Assembly: GCA_964291625.2 (NCBI GenBank)
Contig: OZ220089.1
Coordinates: 1,056,001-1,120,000, forward strand
DNA: 64,000 bases
Reading direction: 5' to 3'
From: Candidatus Latescibacterota bacterium
GTDB lineage: Bacteria > Latescibacterota > UBA2968 > UBA8231
The position numbers and the translations under genes are program-made. Positions 40,898 to 50,803 of the stretch are shown here, in pieces (the first letter of the stretch is position 1; the number at the start of each line of letters is the position of its first letter). The notes under the pieces are model-generated. The model had not been told where the DNA came from. It ran no database searches and was given only the letters and a program-made list of their open reading frames with translations.

Positions 40898-43800
40898 CGG
40901 CTCACCGCCAGGCGCACGGTGGCCTCGCCGCGGCTGCCGTCGTCGCCGCGCGCCTCCAGCCGGCAGAGGTAGAGGCCGCTGGCGTAGCCGCCGACCGACC
41001 ACGTGATCTCGTTCGCCTCCGCCGCTCTGACCCCGTCGGCGTCCAGGCGTTCCATCACTTCCCCCATGGCGTCGTAGACCGTGAGGGAGACGCGGGCAGG
41101 CCGAGCGACGAAGAACCGCACGTGGGCCGATTCCTCGCCTCCGGCCGGGTTCGGGTAGCAGTAGGCCCGGGAGGCGGGCAGCAGGTCGAGGTCCTCCGGC
41201 CGCGGCGGAGGCGCCGCCACGGAGGGGTGGGTCCGCTGGCCGGAGGCCGAGCCACCGGGCTGGGACCATCCGGTCGGCAGACCGGCGGCAAAGGCCAGGT
41301 CCCAAGAGACCGGGCGCCACAGGTTCAGCCCTTCTCCGTCGCCCACCGCGAGGTCCAGACCGCCATCCCCGTCGGAGTCGACCAGGACCGGCGCCGTCGC
41401 GGGGACGGCCGGGGACGCCACGGGGAACCCGGACAGGGGCACCGCGTTTCCATCGAATCCGTGTACACCGTTGCCGGCGGAGACGAAGATCTCGGGAACG
41501 CCGTCGGCGTCCAGGTCGGCGGCCACGACTTCGCCGAGCAGGGGTCCCGACTCCTGGTGCACCGGCGGCGCCGCGGGAAAGCCGGGACTGCGCAGGCCGG
41601 CCGCGGACCAGGCGTGCACCGCCTCCGCCGTGGGGACCAGGATCTCGAGCTGCCCGTCGCCGTCGAGATCGGCGAAGGAGGCAGCCGCCATGTTGGGGGC
41701 TCCGGAGGAGACCTGCAGGTCGCCGGCCCCCTGGCCGAAGCTGCGGAGCCGTCCGCCGCTGTCGGCGAGAACGAGGTCGGCGAGACCGTCGCCGTCGAGG
41801 TCGGCCGCCGAGGGCGGCAGCCATGAGCCGGCCAAGTCGCCGGCCACGAGGGCGGCCCCGGCGCCATCGTATCGCAGGAGCTCCCCCTCGCCGAGGATCA
41901 GCAGATCGTCGGCGCCGTCGCCGTCACTGTCGGCCGCGGCCAGCCCCAGGACCGGGGCATCGTGAGTGAAGCGCAACTCTCCGGTGGCCGCGTCGAGGAC
42001 GGACAGCCCGCGGGGCCCGCCCACCACCAGGACCGCGCCCCGGCCGGCGAGATCCGCCGCCAACAGGGCGTGGGAGGGCCGCCCCTCCAGCTGCGTCTCC
42101 CAGGCGGGACCGGCGCCGAGAGGCCGGGCCGCAACCCGACCTGCGGCCGAGCTGGTGAAGAGCAGGCCCTCGTCGGCGGCCAGCAGCAGGTCGTCGACGG
42201 GTGGCCCGTCCGCCGCGGCCGGCGCCAGCACCCGGACCCCGTCCTCGCCCTCGGCCACCAGCTCCGGGCGTCCGTCGCCGTCGACGTCCGCGGCCTGCAG
42301 CCGGCGCACGCCTGCCAGGGGGCGCGGCCAGCCGGCGGCGCTGCGGGTGAAGCTCAAGCGCACGGACATGCGGTCGTCCGGCCCGGAAAGGACCTCGATC
42401 TCCAGGCCGGTGGCCACGCCGGTGTGAGTGACGGTGGCGGGCGCCGTGTCCGCGCCGAAGCGGCTGACGCTGGTGATCGTCCCGACTCCGGGGCCCGTCC
42501 CGGCGAAGAACGGATCCGAGCGGGTTCCCTCGACGAAGTCCTGACGGCCGAAGTAGGGACTGCCGATGTCTCGCGCCCCGTCGGCCTCCACCAGCATCAG
42601 TCCGGGCCGATCGCGCTCGTTGTTGAAGCCTTCGGGTGGAGCCGAGGCCATGACGGCCTCGTCCACGTGCCAGATCAGCACCCCCGATCCGGGGATGAAG
42701 GCATCGTACTCGTCAGCCTGGAGCCAGACCCCGGCGCCGCGGCCGGCGAGGGAGTCGGACTCGGCCGCCGTGATCCGGTGAGACAGCTCCGCCTCCTCCG
42801 GCTCGATCCAGGCGAACTCGCCTGAAGTCGGCGCCTCGACTCCGGGGGGCAGGTCGTGCTCGGTGCGGCCCCGCTGCTGGCGGTTCTCGAGGAGCAGGTA
42901 CTCCGTCGGCGAGAGGGGGACGCGCACGGCGTGGACCTCCCCGCCGCCGACCGCCGGACGGTCCCCGGCGAGGATCTGCACGACCGTGTCGTGGCGAACC
43001 TCTAGCGGCTCGATCCATCCGAGGCGGGCCTTGCTCCAGGCCATGGGGTGGGGGGGCACCATGCCGACGACGAACTCCAGCTCGTCCCCCACGCGGACGA
43101 AGCCGCTGCGGTTGGCCCCCACATCCATCAGGCTCCAACCGCCGACGGCGGGCAACCCGCGGGCGAAGTTCGACAGCCCCGGCAGGCCGAGCTGATGGCC
43201 GAAGAACTTGGCCAGCAGACCGTTGAACCCCCCTCGCCCCCTGAAGTCCACCGCTTCGGGCAGGATCCAGGCCTCGCCGATCACGGCCCCGCCCGCCTCC
43301 ACCGGCCCGCCGTGCTCGTCCAGATCCTCCGGGCGGAGGAAGACGGACCGGATGTCGTTCAACTCGCCGGTCTCGTGGCCGCGGCCGGCGTGGATGACCA
43401 AGTAGCTGTTGAAGGCGCTGAAGTCGGGGCCGTCGGGATCGGCGGCGGCCAGGTCGACGGCGTCGACCAGCAGCTCACGCCAGAGGCGGCCGATCTCCTC
43501 CGGGGAGCGGCCGTTGCCGTAGGAGAGGGCTGGCCGGGGAAGGGTGTAGGCCTCGGCGAGGGCGCGGGGAAAGACACCGGACTCGATGCGCACCCGGCCG
43601 CCGGAGACGACGTCGTAGTAGCGCGCCAGGGCTTCGAGGTGGTGCTCGTAGTGGACCCGGTCGTGAGGCGGCGTGTCGTACGGCTGCGAGTAGTCGGGCA
43701 GGGCCTCGGAGAGGCTGCGCAGGTCGAAGCCGCCGCGCCCGGTGGTGGTCGGCTCGTCGGGCTCCTCGAGGGGGAAGTCGACGCGCAGGACCAGAATGCG

Positions 43801-43926
43801 CCAGTCCTCGACCTCCTGGGCTCCGCCGGGTACCGCCAGGAGAAGAGAGACGACCCCGCACAGGAACCGGGCCGCCCGGCTGCCGAGACGCCTTTCGGGT
43901 GTCCGCCGGCCGCGCTTTGGCTTCAG
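40894..43926 (-). CDS. M6 (immune inhibitor A)-like domain + FG-GAP repeats + T9SS-type C-terminal domain protein
   Basis: ILVLRVDFP, VIHAG, GHQLGLPGL, WSLMDVG, YLLLENRQ, GVLIWHVDE; DxDGDG repeats; YPNP...ASGLYLCRL. Start inferred at CTG 43926 (CTGA overlap with porV stop). Confidence 0.8.
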   Translation of the reverse strand: MKPKRGRRTPERRLGSRAARFLCGVVSLLLAVPGGAQEVEDWRILVLRVDFPLEEPDEPTTTGRGGFDLRSLSEALPDYSQPYDTPPHDRVHYEHHLEALARYYDVVSGGRVRIESGVFPRALAEAYTLPRPALSYGNGRSPEEIGRLWRELLVDAVDLAAADPDGPDFSAFNSYLVIHAGRGHETGELNDIRSVFLRPEDLDEHGGPVEAGGAVIGEAWILPEAVDFRGRGGFNGLLAKFFGHQLGLPGLSNFARGLPAVGGWSLMDVGANRSGFVRVGDELEFVVGMVPPHPMAWSKARLGWIEPLEVRHDTVVQILAGDRPAVGGGEVHAVRVPLSPTEYLLLENRQQRGRTEHDLPPGVEAPTSGEFAWIEPEEAELSHRITAAESDSLAGRGAGVWLQADEYDAFIPGSGVLIWHVDEAVMASAPPEGFNNERDRPGLMLVEADGARDIGSPYFGRQDFVEGTRSDPFFAGTGPGVGTITSVSRFGADTAPATVTHTGVATGLEIEVLSGPDDRMSVRLSFTRSAAGWPRPLAGVRRLQAADVDGDGRPELVAEGEDGVRVLAPAAADGPPVDDLLLAADEGLLFTSSAAGRVAARPLGAGPAWETQLEGRPSHALLAADLAGRGAVLVVGGPRGLSVLDAATGELRFTHDAPVLGLAAADSDGDGADDLLILGEGELLRYDGAGAALVAGDLAGSWLPPSAADLDGDGLADLVLADSGGRLRSFGQGAGDLQVSSGAPNMAAASFADLDGDGQLEILVPTAEAVHAWSAAGLRSPGFPAAPPVHQESGPLLGEVVAADLDADGVPEIFVSAGNGVHGFDGNAVPLSGFPVASPAVPATAPVLVDSDGDGGLDLAVGDGEGLNLWRPVSWDLAFAAGLPTGWSQPGGSASGQRTHPSVAAPPPRPEDLDLLPASRAYCYPNPAGGEESAHVRFFVARPARVSLTVYDAMGEVMERLDADGVRAAEANEITWSVGGYASGLYLCRLEARGDDGSRGEATVRLAVSR

Positions 43927-44978
43927 AAGTACAGGTTCAGCGAGAATCGCGTGCTGTCCTGGAGGGGCGTGTCTTCGCCGGTCACGTAGGCCACGTCGAC
44001 CTGGAGCATGGTGTACTTGAGGCCGAGGCCGAAGGTCGGGGACCGGAGCTCGCCGTCGTAGTCGAGAGAGTACCCGGCGCGCAGGGCCAGGAAGGACTCG
44101 TCCTTGACCGCGGAGAGGCCGTAGCGGTACTCGCCGCCGGCGTGGAGATCCATCTCCTTGAACTCGTTGCCCAGGGGCTCGTCGACCCAGGCCGTGACCA
44201 GGCTCCTGGCGAAGTGCCCGTCGTCGATCAGCGGCTTGTAGACGTCGGCCGACAGCAGCACGCTGTGGTACTCCGTCTCCATGAGGTCGTAGGCGGCGCC
44301 GACGACGATGTGCTGGGGCAGGGGGTCGGCCTGCCGGGGGTCGATGTAGTTGATCTTGGGACCGAGGTTGCGCAGGGCGGCGCCGAAGGCCAGGGCCGGC
44401 GTGGCGCGCCACAGGAGCCCGAGATCGGCGGCGAAGCTGCTGCCAGTGCCCTTGCCGCGCTCGATCCCGGCCCCCTGGTCGGCCAGGTGGCTGCGGATGA
44501 ACTTGAGTCCGATCCCCGCGGCGAGGTTCTCGCCGATGTCGGCGCCGTAGGCCCCGGAGAAGGCGAGATCATAGCTGGAGAACGTGCCCAGCACCTCGCT
44601 TCGCTCCCCGGTGCGGATCTGCTCGCCGAGGTTCATCAGGGTGCCGTGGAGGCCGACGTTCCCCCAGCCCTCGAGGGGCTGCGAATAGGCGAGGAACTCG
44701 TAGGACATGTCGTCGGCCAGCCCGGGGAGCCACTTCTGGTGGGTGAAGTTGAGCTTGCGCTGCCCCTGTCCGGCCAGCGCCGCCGGGTTGAAGTAGGTCG
44801 CCGTGGCGTCGTCGGCGATGGCCACGTAGGTCTCCCCCATGCCGCTGGCGCGGGCCCCGGGCTTGATGAGCAGGAACAACACCGCCGCCCGGCTCTCGGG
44901 GGTGGCCGAGGCGCGTTCGGTCGTACCGGCCAGGCAGGCCAGGGCCGCCAGGGCGGCGATCATCCGTCGAGTCGTCAC
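43923..44978 (-). CDS. porV: PorV-family outer-membrane protein
   Basis: GTG 44978; FLLIKPGARASGMGE...DDATATYFNPA, KWLP, GLKFIRSHL, RNLGPKI, terminal Phe; directly downstream of porU. Confidence 0.85.
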   Translation of the reverse strand: MTTRRMIAALAALACLAGTTERASATPESRAAVLFLLIKPGARASGMGETYVAIADDATATYFNPAALAGQGQRKLNFTHQKWLPGLADDMSYEFLAYSQPLEGWGNVGLHGTLMNLGEQIRTGERSEVLGTFSSYDLAFSGAYGADIGENLAAGIGLKFIRSHLADQGAGIERGKGTGSSFAADLGLLWRATPALAFGAALRNLGPKINYIDPRQADPLPQHIVVGAAYDLMETEYHSVLLSADVYKPLIDDGHFARSLVTAWVDEPLGNEFKEMDLHAGGEYRYGLSAVKDESFLALRAGYSLDYDGELRSPTFGLGLKYTMLQVDVAYVTGEDTPLQDSTRFSLNLYF

Positions 44979-45060
44979 TTTCGGTCGTCCTCCGGTTCGG
45001 TGCCGCCGGACCGCGGGCACCGCAGGAATGAAGATAACCCTCCGAGCCGGGACCCGCGCC

Positions 45061-48000
45061 TCAGGGCGCCACCTGGATCCGCCCGTCGGCCTCCAGGGGA
45101 GGCCCCTCGCCGAGGCGGGCGGAGACTCGGAACAGGTAGGTACCGCCCGCCAACGCCGGTGGGGACCAGGGCACGTGGTTGAATCCCTCCATCGCCCCTC
45201 CCTCGAGGCGGTCCACCTCCCGGCCCGAGAGGGCGTATACCCGTATGTCGACGCTCTCGGCCGGGGCGGCCAGGTTATAGGTGAAGTGCCCGCTGCCATC
45301 GAAGGTCGGGTTCGGATGGAACAGGACCTCGCCCAGGGCGGTCTCCGTCCCCTCGGCCACCACCAGGTCGGCCTCGGCGATGGAGGAGTTGTTGAAGGCG
45401 TCCCACGCTTTGAGACGGATGGTGTGGTCTCCGGGTTCCAGCTCCCCCAGGGGGTACTCCAGGATTCCCTGGCGGTGATCACCCAGACTCGTGTAGAACC
45501 GGGTGACCGCCGTCACGGCCTCGTCGACCCACAGCTCGATCTCGTGGCCCGTCTCGCCGGTGATGTTTATGCCGCTCGGATCCGCCAGACGGGCGGCGAG
45601 GACCGGACGACGTGAGATCGGGTCTCCGCTGCGGAACCGGGGCTTGCCGGCGAAGGCCAGCTCGATGACCGGACCCTCCTCGTCCGCTACCACGTCCGAG
45701 GCGGTACCCGACAGGGCCAGACCGGAGCGGGAACCGAAGGCCGGCGGCGCCCCGTTGGAGCTCGTCACGTAGACGCTCGCCCGGCCCTGCGAGGCGCGGT
45801 AGGTGATGTCCTTCGGGATGCGCAGCCGGGTCCGGAAGCGGCCTCCCTCGACCGGCACGAGGCCCCGGAACAGGGGCGCACCAAGCTTCTCGTACGAGAT
45901 CCCTTCGATCAGGCTCTGCGCCGACGAGTCGAAGAGCCGCACGAGAGCCTGGCCCTCGTGGTCCGCTCTTGGCCGGCCCTCGGCGTCGACGACGGTGCCC
46001 CTCACCTCCAGTTCCATCAGCGCCTCCATCGAGTCGGGCAGGTCGAGGGCCACGCCCACTCGGGGCCGGGCCAGGCGCTGCGCCGAGTCCCCGAAGAGGG
46101 AGTAGCGCTGGATGTTGGTGCGCCACAGGTCGCTCACGTGGACCTGCTTGGCCTCCATCAGGGCCAACCCCAGGGGCACGTGTTGCCTGCCGCTGTGGTA
46201 CATCTGGTGGTGGAACTGGAGAGCCAGCACCATGTTGCTGCTGTGGTAACCGACACGAGTGGCCGAGATGAAACCGATCACCCCGCGGTCGGGCATCTTC
46301 AGGAAGGCCTCGGGCATCGAGTCCTGCGCCGGGTCGTCGAAGACCCCCACGGCGCTCGCCGCGGTGTAGACGAAGGGCAGCCGGCCGCCGTTGTCGATGC
46401 GCCCCACGTCGCGGTTGAGCAGGAAAATGTGTTCGTGGGCCAGGACCTCGGGGTGGCCGTGCCCGATGTAGGTCAGGATCAGCGCCCCTTCGTTGAAGAG
46501 GCGCAGAAACCCCTCCCTGGCCTGGGGTTTCGTGCGGCCTTCGAGAGGGTATGCGCCGATGTAGAACTTGGTCATGTCGAGGTCCCTCGGCATGCCGTGT
46601 CGGGCAACCCTCTCCGCGTCGTGGACGAAGAAGCTCTCCGTGCGCTCCGGAAACTCGGGGTTGGAGACATCGTCGGCCACGAGCAGGATCCGGGTCTGCC
46701 AGGGCCCCGGCTCGGGTGTCTGGTCGTAGCGCAGGATCTTGTCCACCACCCCGTCCGCCTCGGCGGCGGACTGCACGGTGATGCGGGAGACGGCCAGGTC
46801 GGGGATCCTGTCGGTGCCTTCCACCCTCGCGTACCACTCGTCGTAGGTGCTCGGGCCGTCCTGAAAGGGGGGGATCCAGTTCGTGTGACTGAGGCCGGAG
46901 TTGTTCTTGTAGTCGTAGGTCCCGTCGCCCAGGAGAGTGACGTACACGGGCGGGACCGGCCATCTGCGGACGGCCTGGGCCAGGAAGATCCGGATCGCCG
47001 ATGGGTCCAGCAGCCCCCCGGAGAACTCGTCGTAGAGATCCTGCACGTCCACGACCATGGTCTTCAAGGGGGGGCCGAAACGGTCGTCCTCGGCCCGCCA
47101 GTCGGCCAGCCGCCGCGCTGCCGAGGCAAACTCGGCATGGGTGATGATCACGTACTCGGCACCCGCCGGATCACGAGGAGCCTGCACGTCCCTCACCACC
47201 GCCGCCGGGCGCTTCCACCGTCCTGGTTGAAGGGCGACGTACCTCCGAGGCTGCGGCCTGGAGGCCCAGTCCCGGAAGGTCAGCACGCCATCGGCGGCGT
47301 GCTCCAGGCCCACGAGCTCCCGCAGTCCCCTGGAGACCTCGAAGACCCTGGGCGCCCCGTCGGCCGCGGGGAACCCTTCCACTCGGAACTCCAGCACCGA
47401 CCCGGCCTGGGCATCCTCCCCGTCCCCGTCCCCCCGACCCGGTGCGTTGAACCGGATCTCCCCGCCCAGAGCCTTGAGACGGCGAACATACTCCACCTCG
47501 TACCAGTCCAGTCGAATGGGGGCGGAGGCCCGGTGAAACAGCCCCAGCTGGTTGAGCCCCTCCTGAGCTTCCTCCGTGCGTACCTCGATCGTGTGCGGTC
47601 TGGATGTCTTGAAGGAGAACCGCCCCAGGTGGTCGCCATTCCAGCGCAGATCGAAGGCCTGGGAGGTGTTCTTCGACCCCTTGAAGTGCACCCTGGCGAG
47701 GACGGGGACCTCCGGCAGCGCATCGTCGACGACGAAGGTGAAGTTGCGGGCGTTGCCCGCGAACTCTTCCCAGAACCACTCGTAACCCGAGCTGGCTCCA
47801 TTCAACTGGAAGTTGATCAGGTGATCGTCCTCCTCGTGGAGACGCACCCGATATCGGTCGACGACCGCCGAGGGAGCGCCGCCGGGGCCGGATTCCTCGG
47901 TGGCGCGGAGGCCGTCCACGTCGCCGTCGAGGTCGATCCAGTAGACGTTGTCCTTCGTGTACGGGTTCTTCTGCCAGACGAAGCCGGTACCGGTCTTCCA

Positions 48001-48840
48001 CACCCACCGCTCCGGTCCCACGCCATGGAACAGGATGTGGTCCTCCCTGTCGAAGCGGCCGTCGCCGCCGGCCTCCACGACTGACGCCTCCGTCCGCAGG
48101 GACGGGCCGGACGGTATGGCGCGGGTTGCCCCGATTGGCCAACCGCCGCCGTACAAGAGGCGGATCCGCGCCGGGTCGACGCCCTCGAGATCGGCTCCCG
48201 CCTCCTCCAGGTCAGCGGCCGTCACCCGGTAGATGCCCTCGCCGCGCACCACGACCCGGAACATCCCGGTCTCGGGAGTCACCGCCGGGGCCGCCGGTCT
48301 CGCTGCCGGGGGCCTCGGCTGCCGCCACCGGCGTGCCTGCGCATAGTTGAGGATGGTCGCCCGGTAGGATGTCTCGAACGCGTCCGGCCGGGGCGGCCGG
48401 CCCGGGTCGTGGGCGAAACGGACCTCCACCAGGACGCTGTCGTAGATGACGGCCGACCCGTCTGCGTTCCAGCGGGGCCCGAAGGCGAGGGTCACGACCC
48501 GCTGGTGGCGCAGCATCGCCGGCGGCTCCAGGCGCGCAGGGCCGTCCGGCGGCGCGTCCTCCGGCACCTCGGCGAGGGTGGCGATGCCGGCCTCCCGGGC
48601 CTCCAGAACCTCCAGTGCCGCCTCTCCTCCGAGAGGTACGCCGAGCAGGGCCGAGTCGACGAACCGGTGGAGGGGCGGGGCCCCCAGGGAGTCCGCGAGC
48701 CCGGGCCCTTCGTAGAGGACGCGGGCGAACCCCGGGCCGCTGGCGACGAGGCGAACCTCGGCGGAGAGGGTGGACGCCGCCGCCGCAAGGACCGCGATCC
48801 CGAATCTTGCCGTCCGGTGACAGAGGTGGGGGCGATGCAA
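45061..48840 (-). CDS. porU: Type IX secretion sortase PorU-like (peptidase C25 fold)
   Basis: GIYRVT, NPYTKDNVYW, YVIIT, LYDEFSGG..DPSAIR, LLGDGTYDYK, YIGHG, LFGD, DPSGINI..GH, LKAWDAFNNSS, PNP CTD. Confidence 0.88.
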   Translation of the reverse strand: MHRPHLCHRTARFGIAVLAAAASTLSAEVRLVASGPGFARVLYEGPGLADSLGAPPLHRFVDSALLGVPLGGEAALEVLEAREAGIATLAEVPEDAPPDGPARLEPPAMLRHQRVVTLAFGPRWNADGSAVIYDSVLVEVRFAHDPGRPPRPDAFETSYRATILNYAQARRWRQPRPPAARPAAPAVTPETGMFRVVVRGEGIYRVTAADLEEAGADLEGVDPARIRLLYGGGWPIGATRAIPSGPSLRTEASVVEAGGDGRFDREDHILFHGVGPERWVWKTGTGFVWQKNPYTKDNVYWIDLDGDVDGLRATEESGPGGAPSAVVDRYRVRLHEEDDHLINFQLNGASSGYEWFWEEFAGNARNFTFVVDDALPEVPVLARVHFKGSKNTSQAFDLRWNGDHLGRFSFKTSRPHTIEVRTEEAQEGLNQLGLFHRASAPIRLDWYEVEYVRRLKALGGEIRFNAPGRGDGDGEDAQAGSVLEFRVEGFPAADGAPRVFEVSRGLRELVGLEHAADGVLTFRDWASRPQPRRYVALQPGRWKRPAAVVRDVQAPRDPAGAEYVIITHAEFASAARRLADWRAEDDRFGPPLKTMVVDVQDLYDEFSGGLLDPSAIRIFLAQAVRRWPVPPVYVTLLGDGTYDYKNNSGLSHTNWIPPFQDGPSTYDEWYARVEGTDRIPDLAVSRITVQSAAEADGVVDKILRYDQTPEPGPWQTRILLVADDVSNPEFPERTESFFVHDAERVARHGMPRDLDMTKFYIGAYPLEGRTKPQAREGFLRLFNEGALILTYIGHGHPEVLAHEHIFLLNRDVGRIDNGGRLPFVYTAASAVGVFDDPAQDSMPEAFLKMPDRGVIGFISATRVGYHSSNMVLALQFHHQMYHSGRQHVPLGLALMEAKQVHVSDLWRTNIQRYSLFGDSAQRLARPRVGVALDLPDSMEALMELEVRGTVVDAEGRPRADHEGQALVRLFDSSAQSLIEGISYEKLGAPLFRGLVPVEGGRFRTRLRIPKDITYRASQGRASVYVTSSNGAPPAFGSRSGLALSGTASDVVADEEGPVIELAFAGKPRFRSGDPISRRPVLAARLADPSGINITGETGHEIELWVDEAVTAVTRFYTSLGDHRQGILEYPLGELEPGDHTIRLKAWDAFNNSSIAEADLVVAEGTETALGEVLFHPNPTFDGSGHFTYNLAAPAESVDIRVYALSGREVDRLEGGAMEGFNHVPWSPPALAGGTYLFRVSARLGEGPPLEADGRIQVAP

Positions 48841-48932
48841 CCGCAGGTGAGCGCTCTCGAGTCGGTTTGCTGGCGGGCGGAAGGGCCTGGAAAGTTCCCC
48901 TTGGGGCCGAGGACTGTCAAGGGAGACCGGGT

Positions 48933-48961
48933 TTGACCTATCTCCTTGTGGTTTCTATCCT
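48933..48961 (+). promoter_or_regulatory. Putative sigma70 promoter of rpmB
   Basis: TTGACC 48933-48938, 17 bp, TATCCT 48956-48961. Confidence 0.55.
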
Positions 48962-48992
48962 TTTCGTTTCCACTCGCTGATGGAAGGTGAAG

Positions 48993-49220
48993 ATGGCCAG
49001 GGTCTGTCAGGTCTCCGGCAAGCGCCGCATGGTGGGCAACAGCGTCAGCCACTCGCAGCGCAAGACCAAGCGCGTTCAGCGTCCCAATCTCATCAAGAAG
49101 CGCATCTACATTCCCGAGGAAGGCCGCACGGTCACCCTCCGGCTGTCGGCCCGGGCCCTTCGCACGATGAACAAGAAGGGCGTCTTCAAGTATCTCAAGG
49201 AACAGGGCGTCAGGGTCTGA
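48993..49220 (+). CDS. rpmB: 50S ribosomal protein L28
   Basis: MARVCQVSGKR...GNSVSHSQRKTKR...PNL. Confidence 0.97.
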   Translation: MARVCQVSGKRRMVGNSVSHSQRKTKRVQRPNLIKKRIYIPEEGRTVTLRLSARALRTMNKKGVFKYLKEQGVRV

Positions 49221-49233
49221 GCGGGGATTCGGA

Positions 49234-50481
49234 GTGACTACCGCGTCCACCTCGGACGCCGGACTCGCCCTCCTCGGCGGCCCCCCCCTCCGATCCGATC
49301 CGTTCCCGTCCTGGCCCGTCTTCGGCGCCGAGGACGAGGCCGCAGTCCTCGAGGTCCTGCGTTCGGGGAGCTGGTTCCTCGGCGATCGCGTCGCCGAGAT
49401 CGAGCGCCGGTTCCCCCAATTCCATCATGCCCGGCACGGAATCGCCGTCAGCAGCGGCACGGCGGCCCTGCAGGTGGCCCTGGAGGCCGCCGGTGTCCGC
49501 CTCGGGGACGAGGTGATCGTCCCCTCCTACACCTTCGTCGCCACCGCCGCCTCCGTCGCCCTCGTGGGGGCGGTGCCCGTCTTCGTCGATGTCGATCCCG
49601 CTACCTACTGCATCGATCCGGCCTCCGTCGAAGCCGCCGTCACGGAGCGTACCCGCGCCGTCGTCGCCGTCCACTTCGCCGGCCAGCCGGCCGACCTCGA
49701 CGCCCTCGGCCGGCTCTGCCGGTCCCGCGGCATCCTTCTGATCGAGGATGCCGCGCAGGCGCACTGCGCCGAGTGGCGCGACCGCCGCGTCGGTGCCATC
49801 GGCGATCTCGGCACCTTCAGCTTCCAGGCCAGCAAGAATCTGAACTCCGGCGAGGGCGGCTTCATCCTCAGCGACGACGACAAGCTGGCCGAGGCCGCCT
49901 GGTCGATCCACAACTGCGGGCGCACCCGCACCGGCGCCTGGTACGAGCATGCCCTCGTGGGCGGCAACTACCGCATGTCCGAGTTCCAGGCGGCGCTGCT
50001 CCTCAGCCAGATGCGCAACCTCGAGGACCAGAGCCGGCTGCGCTCCCGCAACGCGAGCCTGCTGTCCCAACGGCTGTCCGAGATCGAGGGGATCCGCCCC
50101 CTCGAGGTGGACGCGCGCGTCAGCCGTCACGCCTACCACTTGTTCGTCTTCCGTTACGATCCGGCCGCCTTCGCCGGCGTGTCCAGGGAGCGCTTCCTGG
50201 AAGCCCTGAGCGCCGAGGGCATCCCCTGCGCCTCCGGGTACAGGCCTCTCTACCGCGAGCCCGCCTTCCAGGCCCGCTTCCGCGACTACCCCCTGGACTC
50301 CCCCGCCTTCGGCGGACGCCCGGACTACGCCACCGTCCACCACCCCGTCACGGAGCGCATCTGCGCCGGGGAAGCGGTCTGGCTCACCCAGAACCTGCTC
50401 CTCGGCAGCGAAGAGGACACGGCGGGCATCGCCGAGGCGGTCGCCAAGGTCCAGAAGCACGCCCACCGGTTGGCGGACTAG
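49234..50481 (+). CDS. DegT/DnrJ/EryC1/StrS PLP-dependent aminotransferase (AHBA-synthase-like)
   Basis: SGTAAL, VPSYTFVATA, IEDAAQAH, FSFQASKNLNSGEGG, NYRMSEFQAA. Confidence 0.92.
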   Translation: MTTASTSDAGLALLGGPPLRSDPFPSWPVFGAEDEAAVLEVLRSGSWFLGDRVAEIERRFPQFHHARHGIAVSSGTAALQVALEAAGVRLGDEVIVPSYTFVATAASVALVGAVPVFVDVDPATYCIDPASVEAAVTERTRAVVAVHFAGQPADLDALGRLCRSRGILLIEDAAQAHCAEWRDRRVGAIGDLGTFSFQASKNLNSGEGGFILSDDDKLAEAAWSIHNCGRTRTGAWYEHALVGGNYRMSEFQAALLLSQMRNLEDQSRLRSRNASLLSQRLSEIEGIRPLEVDARVSRHAYHLFVFRYDPAAFAGVSRERFLEALSAEGIPCASGYRPLYREPAFQARFRDYPLDSPAFGGRPDYATVHHPVTERICAGEAVWLTQNLLLGSEEDTAGIAEAVAKVQKHAHRLAD

Positions 50482-50497
50482 GCGGAGCTCTCCACGG

Positions 50498-50803
50498 CTA
50501 TCGAGTCAGCCGCTCGATCTCGTGCTGCACCCGTTCCTGACGGATCTGGTCGATCACCTCCTGAAAGGACTTCGCCGTACCGCTCACGACGAGCCGCTCG
50601 ATGGCGTGGACCTCATCCTCGGTGTACCACCCCGAGTTCCTGACGCGCGCCACATAGGCGAGTCGGTCCTCGATGGGGAGACGGGCGATGGCTCCGAGCC
50701 TCTCGAACAGCTTGTACGCCGCCTCGCTCTCGAGACAGCGTTCGACGACGGCGGCGAGCCTCTCTTCACGGCCGGGTGTCTGCGGGGAATCGATCGTTTC
50801 CAC
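50498..50803 (-). CDS. Hypothetical protein (about 101 aa, helical)
   Basis: GTG 50803 preceded by AAAGGA RBS; typical codon usage; no recognisable motif. Confidence 0.6.
   Translation of the reverse strand: METIDSPQTPGREERLAAVVERCLESEAAYKLFERLGAIARLPIEDRLAYVARVRNSGWYTEDEVHAIERLVVSGTAKSFQEVIDQIRQERVQHEIERLTR

Noticed and set aside
49234-50481. AHBA/ansamycin biosynthetic cluster
   Set aside because: Lone DegT-family aminotransferase behind rpmB; no PKS, kinase or oxidoreductase partners nearby.
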